Shown here: positions 17,689 through 26,301 of the stretch, piece by piece
Numbering within the stretch: position 1 is the stretch's first letter
Layout of the letters: each line of letters begins with the position of its first letter
DNA from: Candidatus Thorarchaeota archaeon
GTDB taxonomy: Archaea > Asgardarchaeota > Thorarchaeia > Thorarchaeales > Thorarchaeaceae
NCBI GenBank assembly: GCA_003345555.1
Contig: PRDJ01000001.1
Location: forward strand, 30,001 to 62,000
Length of the DNA: 32,000 nucleotides
Direction of reading: 5' to 3'
Translations under genes and position numbers: made by a program
The notes under the pieces: model-generated
Database searches by the model: none
Told to the model about the DNA's origin: nothing
What the model saw: the letters and a program-made list of their open reading frames with translations, nothing else

Positions 17689-18111
17689 CTAGCCGGGACC
17701 TTCGCCGCCGCCTGAATCTCCCTTCTTCCTTCTTGCGGATAGAAGTGACTTCAGTTCTCCCATCAGAGTCCCTCCTCCACCGGGAGCAGCTGCACCCGGG
17801 GCACGTGCTGGAGTTGGGGCTTTGCCAGCTATTCCCTTCGAACCGGCAACCGAACCCGCCTCACCGGCTCCTGATGGCCCCGCGGTCCTGATGCCTGCCA
17901 TTCTGCTATCCAGTTGGCCGACCCGCGCTTCGAGTCCCCCAAGCTTGGATTGAAGATCTGAGACCGTGTTCTGCAATTCCCCTATCACCTCAGCCAGTTT
18001 CAATGTGACGGTTGAGATTACCTGCCCCAGTTCTCGGAGCTTCTCGTCGGTGGGGTCTTTTAGAGCCCACTCGAAGTCTTCCATGATTCCTAGTTCGTCT
18101 TTGTCAGCCAT
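17689..18111 (-). CDS. Small coiled-coil protein with Gly/Ala/Pro linker and C-terminal Ena/VASP FAB-like basic amphipathic helix
   Basis: Heptad repeat LRELGQV...LQSKLGGLEARVGQLDSRM, a low-complexity linker, then GGGGTLMGELKSLLSARRKK. ATG 18111 or GTG 18123. TTTATA at 18158-18153 on the minus strand. Confidence 0.8.
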   Translation of the reverse strand: MADKDELGIMEDFEWALKDPTDEKLRELGQVISTVTLKLAEVIGELQNTVSDLQSKLGGLEARVGQLDSRMAGIRTAGPSGAGEAGSVAGSKGIAGKAPTPARAPGAAAPGGGGTLMGELKSLLSARRKKGDSGGGEGPG

Positions 18112-18228
18112 GGCCCGGACCACATCTTCAACTTTGAATGACTTGGTTTTGCTATAAACATTGTCTGCATATTGACTCGTGAAGTATGCTTCTGAAGTGC
18201 TTGGACTTGCACGAGCTATGAGTTCTTC

Positions 18229-19605
18229 CTATCGGATACGTTGAATCGCTTCTGCGACGATGTTCTTTGTTCGCTTCATGGTCTCTTCCGCTTGGCGAGC
18301 TGTACGGGCTTCACAAGTGATTCTTATTGCGGGCTCAGTTCCGGAGGGTCTGACCAGTATCCAACCTTCCTTCAATGATATGCCTAGACCATCGACCGTC
18401 ACCACGTCAAGGGCATCTCTGAATGTTTCAGGCAACTTCCTTGTTAAGGCTTGCATCACAGCCGCCTTCAGTTCGTTCCTGCATTCTAGCTTCGTTTTTA
18501 GAAGCGGGTATAGAGGTATTTGTCGGATGAGACTTCCGAAGCTCTGTCCTGTGCGTGCCATAAGTTCAAGGATCTTGCACGCGGCTAGGAACGGCTCTGG
18601 GGCCAGATGAAACTCTGGAAAGATGAACACGCCACTAGCCTCTCCACCCATTGCCGCCTTGGTCTCGTTCACCTTGATTGACACCTGTATGTCCCCAACC
18701 GGCGTTCTAACCGTATGCCCTCCTGCCTTCTGGACAGTCTCATCTAGGACCCTTGAACTGTCAACGGTGGTAACGATGGTCTTGTTGCTAGATGTCTTCA
18801 GGACCTCTCTTGCCAAGAGAGCTATCGTCCTATCACCTCTCACGACTTCACCGCTCTCGGTCACAAAGACAACTCTGTCAGAATCCCCATCATGAGCTAT
18901 GCCGAGATTCGCCCCTGTCTCGGGCACAATCCGGGCGAGATCTCTTAACGACTCTTCGTCAGGTTCTGAAACCCTGCCCGGAAATGAACCGTCTGGTTGG
19001 CCATTGATTGTGATTACTTTGCATGCCAGATCCCTCATGAGGTACGGCGTCAGTACGCATGCAGCGCCATTCCCCGGGTCGACAATCACTTTGAAGGTTC
19101 TCTTTTTGATGAGGTCTGCGTCACATCTCGTTCTCACAGCTTGCATGTGCTCCGTCACTGCAGTATCGATGATCTGTTCAGTACCTAGATGGTCCCAAGG
19201 TGCCACCTTGAACTTGCGAGACTCATATAGACTCTCGACTGCCTCCTCTTCTTCTGGAGTATAGCCCATGCCGTTTCGTGACCAGAACTTAACTCCAGTG
19301 TACTCTGGGGGGTTGTGGGATGCAGTGACCACAACTCCTGCATCGTAGCCATGACTCGCCGTAACAAAGGCTAGTGTCGGCGTAGGCAACATGCCCGCCC
19401 TGACGACATTGGTTCCTGTCGAAAGCAAACCAGCAGAGAAAGCATCAGCCACCATCCGTCCAGTTGTGCGGACATCGAACGCCAAGACAACCGTCCCTCC
19501 GTCAAGATGGGTGCCAAGCGACTTGCCGAGATTGAGAGCCATCTCAAGGTCGAACTCTGACCCGTAGATTTTCCTGACTCCGGTTGTCCCAAACAGCTTT
19601 CCCAA
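18229..19605 (-). CDS. Phosphohexomutase (phosphoglucosamine mutase or phosphomannomutase/phosphoglucomutase family)
   Basis: KLFGTTGVR, catalytic TASHNP, metal loop DGDSDR, GGEASG and VRPSGTEP. TTG start. Confidence 0.95.
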   Translation of the reverse strand: MGKLFGTTGVRKIYGSEFDLEMALNLGKSLGTHLDGGTVVLAFDVRTTGRMVADAFSAGLLSTGTNVVRAGMLPTPTLAFVTASHGYDAGVVVTASHNPPEYTGVKFWSRNGMGYTPEEEEAVESLYESRKFKVAPWDHLGTEQIIDTAVTEHMQAVRTRCDADLIKKRTFKVIVDPGNGAACVLTPYLMRDLACKVITINGQPDGSFPGRVSEPDEESLRDLARIVPETGANLGIAHDGDSDRVVFVTESGEVVRGDRTIALLAREVLKTSSNKTIVTTVDSSRVLDETVQKAGGHTVRTPVGDIQVSIKVNETKAAMGGEASGVFIFPEFHLAPEPFLAACKILELMARTGQSFGSLIRQIPLYPLLKTKLECRNELKAAVMQALTRKLPETFRDALDVVTVDGLGISLKEGWILVRPSGTEPAIRITCEARTARQAEETMKRTKNIVAEAIQRIR

Positions 19606-19774
19606 AGAGCTTTCCCGAATGGTTCCCTTGCGACACCGTAAAAAAACCTGCCTGCGGCATCTTGGGAGGTGATTCAGCTTGTGTTGCGCGAAAGCTTATT
19701 AGAAGCTAAAAACCTTAGACGCTTTGGCAGAACCTCCACGGCGTTTTGCCTATCGAGAACCGGGGTAATCCCTA

Positions 19775-20335
19775 ATGAGTAGCACATACGACAGACTGTA
19801 CAAGGTCGTGGTACTTGGTGAGGGCGCTGTAGGGAAGACTGCGATCGTGACCCGATTCTCGCACGGATTCTTCAGGACCGATTACAAGACGACTATTGGT
19901 TCTCAGTTCGCCGTGAAGAACTTAGACATCAAGACCAAGGACAATAGAAGGCTCACTGTCAAGTTACAGATTTGGGACGTAGCGGGCCAGTCGCGTTTCC
20001 AGATTCTCCGGCCGATGTATTATCGGGGCGCCAGTGGTGGTATTCTCGTATATGACGTGAGCAGGCGTCGCACGTTCATAGTGCTGCAAGAGTGGCTGGA
20101 TGAGCTTCAGAAGGCCATCAACAAGAAGATACCTCTCGTGCTCGTTGCTAACAAGACCGACCTTCCAGACCGCGTTGTTACACCGGCTGAGGGCAGGGAA
20201 TTCGCCGACAAGCAGGGTATGCCCTACGTGGAATCATCTGCCAAGACTGGTGAAGGTGTCGTCGACATATTCGAGGAGTTGGCGAAGACTCTGGTTGAAG
20301 AGCATAGTCACGAAGACGAGGCCGCAACAATGTAA
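19775..20335 (+). CDS. Rab-like small GTPase (Ras superfamily)
   Basis: G1 GEGAVGKT, G2 TTIG, G3 WDVAGQ, G4 NKTD, G5 SSAK. Rab-family motifs KLQIW, YYRGA and LVYDVS. Confidence 0.95.
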   Translation: MSSTYDRLYKVVVLGEGAVGKTAIVTRFSHGFFRTDYKTTIGSQFAVKNLDIKTKDNRRLTVKLQIWDVAGQSRFQILRPMYYRGASGGILVYDVSRRRTFIVLQEWLDELQKAINKKIPLVLVANKTDLPDRVVTPAEGREFADKQGMPYVESSAKTGEGVVDIFEELAKTLVEEHSHEDEAATM

Positions 20336-20411
20336 TGCGCGCCCAATTCGTTATCCATAATGACCTCACAGTCAGGAATATCAGATGCTCTCTTACGAGT
20401 GATTCTCGACA

Positions 20412-21017
20412 ATGACGAAGCCTGACGAATATTACGCTGCCAACGTATTTCCTCCTCTTGCATGGGCGCTCGAACTCTATTTCAAGCAGGGGCGTCGTTC
20501 AAAGGAGACACCGGTGGTTGAGATTGCATTTTCTGCAGGAGAGCACAAGGCGGCGCTCCGTACGCAGGGACAGCACGAAATCGTGGTCTGGTTCTCCAAG
20601 CAGGAAGTCTTTCTGAGACCTCGGTGTACTTATGACAAGGACTGCAAATTCATGGGGCCGCGGATTAATGCCCGGGACAGAGAGGCCGTCAAGGCGCTGC
20701 CGTGGGACAAGACAGATCAAACCAAGTTCTTCAAGCCAACTCGTGACTGGGTGCTCAAGTTGAATCTCGATTTCACGACCTTGGTTAGGGCTCTGGTGAC
20801 TGTCTGTGACAGGATGGTGACCATTCCACTTACAACACGCTACGGTAAGACCTTCGACAAGTTCGATGATTACCGTCGTCACAAATGGCCGGAGGATGCG
20901 ACCCCTGACAACAAGTCTCGCCTTCTTGAGGAAGTGCTCTTGAGGGTGGCATTCTGGTTCCAGACAGCAGCTGATGTCGGGGCACTGAAAAAGGCTCAGG
21001 CCAATCAACATTCATAA
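20412..21017 (+). CDS. Hypothetical protein, 201 aa
   Basis: ORF with ATG fills the gap between the GTPase and the kinase on the same strand. No family recognised. Confidence 0.7.
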   Translation: MTKPDEYYAANVFPPLAWALELYFKQGRRSKETPVVEIAFSAGEHKAALRTQGQHEIVVWFSKQEVFLRPRCTYDKDCKFMGPRINARDREAVKALPWDKTDQTKFFKPTRDWVLKLNLDFTTLVRALVTVCDRMVTIPLTTRYGKTFDKFDDYRRHKWPEDATPDNKSRLLEEVLLRVAFWFQTAADVGALKKAQANQHS

Positions 21018-21061
21018 GACTGCCTCTTCCAGAACGACAGTAGACGACCTGTGGGATACCC

Positions 21062-22183
21062 ATGATAATTGGTTTGCTTGTCAACCCAATAGCCGGAATG
21101 GGCGGGCGTGTCGGACTGAAGGGAACTGACGGAGTCGTCGACGAGGCAGTACGGAGAGGCGCGACACAGGTCGCTCCCGGTCGTGCTCTCGAATTCCTGG
21201 TGACTCTTTCTTCCTTGAAGCTCTCGGGTGTTGAGCTGATTACATGCCCCGGAGCAATGGGCGCGGAAATCTGCAAACGTGCTGGCATCAAGCACAAGGC
21301 AATCAACATCAGACTGGGACCGAAGACCACCGCCAAGGACACCATTCGTTGCGTCAGAGCCTTGTATGAATCAGCAGTGCGGCTGTTGGTGTTCGTGGGA
21401 GGAGACGGCACTGCAAGAGATATTCTAGATGCAGTGAAGGAAGGGAATTTGTCAGACCTACTTGTTCTCGGTGTTCCGTCGGGTGTCAAGATGTATAGTG
21501 GAGTCTTCGTTGTCAACCCCAGTGACGCAGCCGAAGTTGTCAGGCTGGTGAATGAAGGCGCGACGGGTACCACTGAATTTGAGATAATGGATGCTGATGA
21601 AGCCGCGATAAGGCAGGACAAGTTCATGGTCCAGCTGTACGGCTATCTCACAGGACCATCGGTCCCAGCTCGGTTTCAAGGATCGAAGCAAGTAAGCCCA
21701 GAGACCGTGGATGAGCACGAGGCGCAAGAGGCCATAGCAAAATACGTTATTGATACGATGCCTCAAGGACAGGCTCTCATACTAGGCCCAGGAACTACCA
21801 TCAAGGCTCTCGCAGACCTTCTCAGAATCAAGAAGACCACACTTGGTGTGGACCTCTTTCACGAGGGCATTGTGTATAACGATGTCAATGAGTCGAAGAT
21901 ACTTGAAGTCGTGAAGGACTTTGCGAAGGCGTGGATTGTCGTGTCTCCTATAGGTCACCAAGGCGTTCTCTTCGGTCGAGGCAATCAACAAATCAGCCCG
22001 CACATAATCCAACGCATAGGCCGCGACAACATACGCGTTCTCTGCACCGCCTCCAAGCTGACAGGAATTGAAGGTGGCACCTTGAAAGTAGACACCGGCG
22101 ACCCTGAAGTAGACAAGCTTCTGCGAGGGTACATAAGGGTCGTTACTGACTATAGTGAAATGCGTCTAGTGAAGATAGAGTGA
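21062..22183 (+). CDS. ATP-NAD kinase/AcoX family protein
   Basis: NPIAGMGGRVGLKGTDG, GGDGTARD, GVKMYSGVF and GRGNQQIS motifs. Confidence 0.88.
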   Translation: MIIGLLVNPIAGMGGRVGLKGTDGVVDEAVRRGATQVAPGRALEFLVTLSSLKLSGVELITCPGAMGAEICKRAGIKHKAINIRLGPKTTAKDTIRCVRALYESAVRLLVFVGGDGTARDILDAVKEGNLSDLLVLGVPSGVKMYSGVFVVNPSDAAEVVRLVNEGATGTTEFEIMDADEAAIRQDKFMVQLYGYLTGPSVPARFQGSKQVSPETVDEHEAQEAIAKYVIDTMPQGQALILGPGTTIKALADLLRIKKTTLGVDLFHEGIVYNDVNESKILEVVKDFAKAWIVVSPIGHQGVLFGRGNQQISPHIIQRIGRDNIRVLCTASKLTGIEGGTLKVDTGDPEVDKLLRGYIRVVTDYSEMRLVKIE

Positions 22184-22226
22184 AGACTCTGACACTCTCT
22201 AATCGAGATCAATAGAGATACTCGCC

Positions 22227-23594
22227 CTATTTCGTGACTTCCCGCAGGCATTCCTCGAACACTTCGAGGACCTTGTCCACCTGTTCCTCCGTGATTGTAA
22301 GAGGTGGCTTGAACTTGATCACGTTTCTGAGGTCGTACCCCCAAGGTGACAGACTAGGCATGTTGTAGTCGAATATCACTCCGCGCTTCCAGCCCTCTTC
22401 GATGAAATTGTTAGCTGCTTCTACAGCAGGAGTCTTGCTCTTCGGGTCCTCAACCAGCTCAACTCCCTTGTAGAGTCCTGGACAACGCACGTCTCCGATA
22501 ATCGGATACTTTTCCTGAAGCTCCAAGATGCCCTTCTTGAATTTCTCGCCAAGTATCTTGCTCCTCTGTAGCAGTTTCTTCCTCTTAATTATCTCGATGT
22601 TCACGAGAGATGCTGCAAACATGACTGGATTGGAGCCGAATGTGGAGTGCTCTTCGGACTCAGTGAATCCGACGATGTCTCCGCGCGTAAGTATGGCGCC
22701 CATGGGAACTCCCCCGGCAATTGCCTTGGTCAAGCACATGACATCTGGACGCATGTTGTGCAAATCCGAGGCGCACCATTCTCCAACTCTGCCAAAGGCG
22801 GTCTGCGCTTCGTCGAATATGAGCAGTGCATCAATCTCCTCGCATATCTCCTTGAGCGCCTTCAGGTACTGAGTGTGAGCTTCGATGTGCCCTCCGGGTC
22901 CGCTTATTGGCTCAAGAAGGATTCCTGCCACGGGGCCAGTCACACCGTGCTTGATTGTCTCCTTCACAAACTCTGCGCAGACCCCTGTGCAGTCCTCCTT
23001 TTCCCTATCGTGACCAAGGTAACACCTGTAACAATATGGGTAAGGGACTTTCACGAAATGCTCTCTTCCAAAGCCGGGGAAGCGCGTGGCTGTAGGCATG
23101 TACGCGCTAGCAGCCATCGTTCCCAGAGAGGCCCCGTGGTAAGCACGCCAAGTGGTGATGAATGTATCCGCGCCTTTCTTGCGCAGCATTGCCACTTTCA
23201 TGGCCGTTTCGACTGCTGCTCCTCCTCCCATGTTGTTGAAGCTCGCACGCGGCATCTTGAACAGCTTCGTGAGTTCGTTCAATAGCTTGAGCCTCGGTAC
23301 AGTTGGAAAACCATACCTCACGTGAGAAAGGCGAGACATCTGAAGAGCCGCCACGTAGGCAATGTCAGGATCACAGAAGCCAATATTCAATGTCCAAGCT
23401 TGGGATGTGCAGTCAATGTACTTGTTACCCTTGAGGTCCTTGATGACAGCTCCACCCGGTTCTCCTTCAAACATTACCTTGTCTTTGAGCGGAGTAAGCG
23501 AGTGTTCCTCTGCTTCCTTGATTTCTCCATCCGTGATATGGGATATCATTTGTTCGATTTCGCCTTCGGTCAAGGTGACCGGCTTGAGCTTCAT
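22227..23594 (-). CDS. PLP-dependent aminotransferase class III (GABA/ornithine/acetylornithine type)
   Basis: YIDC, AYHG, LLEPISG, FDEAQTAFGRVG, PLP lysine in PDVMCLTK, STFGSNP and IKFKPPL. GGAGG RBS. Confidence 0.93.
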   Translation of the reverse strand: MKLKPVTLTEGEIEQMISHITDGEIKEAEEHSLTPLKDKVMFEGEPGGAVIKDLKGNKYIDCTSQAWTLNIGFCDPDIAYVAALQMSRLSHVRYGFPTVPRLKLLNELTKLFKMPRASFNNMGGGAAVETAMKVAMLRKKGADTFITTWRAYHGASLGTMAASAYMPTATRFPGFGREHFVKVPYPYCYRCYLGHDREKEDCTGVCAEFVKETIKHGVTGPVAGILLEPISGPGGHIEAHTQYLKALKEICEEIDALLIFDEAQTAFGRVGEWCASDLHNMRPDVMCLTKAIAGGVPMGAILTRGDIVGFTESEEHSTFGSNPVMFAASLVNIEIIKRKKLLQRSKILGEKFKKGILELQEKYPIIGDVRCPGLYKGVELVEDPKSKTPAVEAANNFIEEGWKRGVIFDYNMPSLSPWGYDLRNVIKFKPPLTITEEQVDKVLEVFEECLREVTK

Positions 23595-23693
23595 CGAATA
23601 TTCCTCCTGAATGCCAACCTTCCATTGAGCTCGTTACCGATTATTAACTCTGATGGGCGGCCTCAGCACCGAATGCGACACACTCGTTCAGAC

Positions 23694-24698
23694 TCATGTG
23701 CCAGCTTCATACCACCTCTTCAAGACTCTCATTGCTCTCAAGGTCACCCATTTTGATGGCTGACCCTTCGTTTCAATGTTACAGAGCATCTTGCTATTGT
23801 AGGTGTTCTTGAGGAGGCACCGGCCGTCAGGTCTTCGTGCCTGCTCGACCAAGTCAATTGCGTCTTTCATTCTTGCGTCGTGAACGCCTAGGCTAGTCAG
23901 CACGTCAAGAACCTCAAGCGCGTCTGACTGATAGAACAGAGGAAAGCCAAATCGTTTCCAGCCTTCCTTGTCCTTGCGCTCGCCCTTCGGTCCACGGAGG
24001 TACTTGTAGACCCGATTAGTGAGAATGGACTCCGTCTCTTCCTCAATGATTTTGTGGACATCCTTTGACCTCTTGTTCATGGGAATTGTAGATAGGGCCT
24101 TGAGGACTTTCACGGCCCCCATGTAGCAATTGACAGGGAATACTCCTGCTATATTGATTGGATAGCTGCGGCATCGCCAGCCATAGTCCTTGCTGGAGTG
24201 ATCCCCAACAAGGAAGTCTATCAGCTTCTTGGTATGAGCATCGTCCAAATAACCGAAGTGTATCAGATAGTACAGGATGTTTCCGTCAAAGCAGCAGCCA
24301 TCTGTTACTGTACTAGCTTTTCCTTTCTCTGTTTTTGGCGGAGTAACCCCGAAGTGGCCCGAATTGCGCTGGAATGAGAACATGAACTCGAAGGCACGAC
24401 GAATGGCAGGTGTCGAGTCCGCTCCGAGCTCGGCGAGAATGAGGAGGGTGTGTGTTGTGGCTGTGTATTTGGGAAGGTACATGCTTTCCTTCTTGCCCCA
24501 GTAACCCTCGGCCTTCTGTGCTCCCAGGATTGTCTTAACACAGGGCGACTGCATTATTGCTCGCTGTGCAGAGACAACCTGCGGGTCTGTCCGGGTCTTG
24601 TCCTTCAGATCTTGAAGCGCCCAGAACCTCACACTGGGATTGTCCTCAGACAGCAGCCAGTCTATGACTTCTTTGTCAGCCACTCCTTCTGGATTCAT
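23694..24698 (-). CDS. Alpha/alpha-barrel protein with prenyltransferase/squalene cyclase-like repeats, function unknown
   Basis: WLLSEDNPSVR, QW-like repeats (AQKAEGYW, FQRNSGHF, RRPDGRC), FGFPLFYQSDALE and SKWVTLRA. Confidence 0.75.
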   Translation of the reverse strand: MNPEGVADKEVIDWLLSEDNPSVRFWALQDLKDKTRTDPQVVSAQRAIMQSPCVKTILGAQKAEGYWGKKESMYLPKYTATTHTLLILAELGADSTPAIRRAFEFMFSFQRNSGHFGVTPPKTEKGKASTVTDGCCFDGNILYYLIHFGYLDDAHTKKLIDFLVGDHSSKDYGWRCRSYPINIAGVFPVNCYMGAVKVLKALSTIPMNKRSKDVHKIIEEETESILTNRVYKYLRGPKGERKDKEGWKRFGFPLFYQSDALEVLDVLTSLGVHDARMKDAIDLVEQARRPDGRCLLKNTYNSKMLCNIETKGQPSKWVTLRAMRVLKRWYEAGT

Positions 24699-24787
24699 GT
24701 GTGCTCACCAAACTCCTCTAGTGTGGGCCAAGTCTCACTAATATTCTGCTTGGTTTGCGCGATGTCTTAAGAAATGAGGATACAGGG

Positions 24788-24820
24788 CCTAGGCTCATAG
24801 TAGACACCCACGAGCCTAGG
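24788..24820 (-). terminator. Stem-loop CCTAGGCTC-N15-GAGCCTAGG downstream of the RuBisCO-like gene (terminator or processing/stability hairpin)
   Basis: Perfect 9-bp arms at 24788-24796 and 24812-24820. On the minus-strand RNA the stem extends by four more pairs, two of them G:U. Confidence 0.4.
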
Positions 24821-24863
24821 TCGGTTTTAGGGAGCTAACAGTACAGTGCTGGTTACTCCAAGA

Positions 24864-26180
24864 CTATAGCTCGAACCCTGTCTTGCCGCTACCATAAGTC
24901 TCCATAGCGACTCTCAGTTCCTCATGGTCGGTTGCGTACTGGCTGACTGGTATTCCTTTCATCTTCGCGTCAATTGCTTGTCTGAATGCAGTTGCACCAG
25001 CACGGGGTCCCTTGGGATGAGCATGTATTGCTCCACCAGAGCCGATCACGATATCCGGTCCTAGATCATTCATGACTTCCTCGACCATACCCTGCGATAT
25101 TCCCCCGCTAGGCATTGGAGCCGTCTGGTCGATGTGGAGCAGCGGCATGACCATCTCGTGCGCCATTCCGAGGTATCTCTCCTTGAGTATAGGCGCCTTA
25201 CCATAAGGTGCAGGGAAGACAGTTATGTCTGAACCACAGATTCTTGGCAGCTTGCCGATCACCAAGTTCGAGGACATCCCTGTTATGGGCGATTCATAGA
25301 GTGCGCCTGCAATATCCATGTGTGCCAATACAGGAACCTTCACTGATGGATCCTCACAGATGTGTTGGAAGACCGAATAGCCCACGGCTAGGAAATTCAC
25401 CATGAGCGCATTTGCCCCCCACTCCTGTGCCTTCTCTGCATTCTCGAAGATTTGCGGCACACTGTCTGTTATATTGGCAGTGTAGAGAGTCTTCTCTCCC
25501 TTCTCTGCATCAGCCCTGTCGGCTGCTTCCATGAAGAGAGGAACGCGTTCGGCCAGACTGTTGAATCTAGGATTGGCCAGGAGTTCGTCATCCTTGATAA
25601 TGTCTGCTCCGCCTGCCGCGGCCTCGTAGAAGAGGCCTGCTCCCATCTTTGCTGAGGGATAGACACAAGGCTTAATCATGTTGTTCAGTAACGGCCTGTC
25701 TTTCACTCCTGTGAGCTTCCTTAGACCCTTGATACCGAATTTGGGGCCCTTGAATGATTTCAGCCAGCTCTTGGGGAAGCGAAGGTCTAGGCACTTTATT
25801 CGCCCGCCCATACTGATATTGCCTACTACCGTACTGAGTAGCATGGGAATCTGCGGTCCGAAATTCTCGTGCGGGAAAGCCACCTGTATGATATACTCAC
25901 GACGTTCCAAGTCCTTGGGCAGGCTGTACTCATGATACGGCACTTCGTAGATTCCGATTACCTTGGCAATGTGCCTCTTGCGGACCTCGACAGTTTCACC
26001 GGGTACGGGAATCCAAGTTCCCGTGCTCTGCTCCACTGCAGCAGCCCACGCAAGGTCTCTCGCATCGAACATAGGTGGGATGCCGACGTAATATGTTCCG
26101 ATTACGTACTTTTCGATGTCTATGCCATCGGGCAGTGCGTCAGGTAACGCCTCGAGCGGTGTTCTTTCCATACTCATCAA
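24864..26180 (-). CDS. RuBisCO-like protein (form IV RLP)
   Basis: AVEQSTGTW, VVGN, GPKFGIKG, MIKP, KDDE, YGK, PSGG and GSGG are present. K177, R295 and H327 equivalents are replaced (KPC, HMD, VFPAP). Confidence 0.93.
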   Translation of the reverse strand: MMSMERTPLEALPDALPDGIDIEKYVIGTYYVGIPPMFDARDLAWAAAVEQSTGTWIPVPGETVEVRKRHIAKVIGIYEVPYHEYSLPKDLERREYIIQVAFPHENFGPQIPMLLSTVVGNISMGGRIKCLDLRFPKSWLKSFKGPKFGIKGLRKLTGVKDRPLLNNMIKPCVYPSAKMGAGLFYEAAAGGADIIKDDELLANPRFNSLAERVPLFMEAADRADAEKGEKTLYTANITDSVPQIFENAEKAQEWGANALMVNFLAVGYSVFQHICEDPSVKVPVLAHMDIAGALYESPITGMSSNLVIGKLPRICGSDITVFPAPYGKAPILKERYLGMAHEMVMPLLHIDQTAPMPSGGISQGMVEEVMNDLGPDIVIGSGGAIHAHPKGPRAGATAFRQAIDAKMKGIPVSQYATDHEELRVAMETYGSGKTGFEL

Positions 26181-26301
26181 ACCTGAATAGCAATAGAGCG
26201 GGCCGTCTTATTTTCTTTTGGAACGACATTAGTCTCATTGACATTCTTTATCTAGGGATGAAAATCGTTATGGCGCAATAACATACGGACAGTGCAGTAT
26301 C

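Noticed and set aside
17820-17860. VAGSK in the linker resembling the VASP G-actin-binding IAGAKLRK
   Set aside because: Only a 5-residue resemblance in low-complexity sequence, and the LRK motif is absent.
20830-21627. 265-aa minus-strand ORF
   Set aside because: Antisense shadow of two well-supported plus-strand genes, with Ser/Pro/Thr-rich shadow composition.
23694-24698. Squalene cyclase, Rab geranylgeranyltransferase beta or NifH annotation
   Set aside because: Too short for a cyclase and no DxDD motif. No evident prenyltransferase zinc site, and the nearby GTPase has no Cys tail. No nitrogenase P-loop or Cys motifs.
24864-26180. Bona fide carboxylating RuBisCO (form III)
   Set aside because: K177, R295 and H327 equivalents are missing, which indicates form IV.
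26258-26281. Short upstream ORF MKIVMAQ before fhs as a leader peptide or frameshifted start
   Set aside because: Out of frame with fhs, no similarity to Fhs N-termini and no attenuator structure seen.
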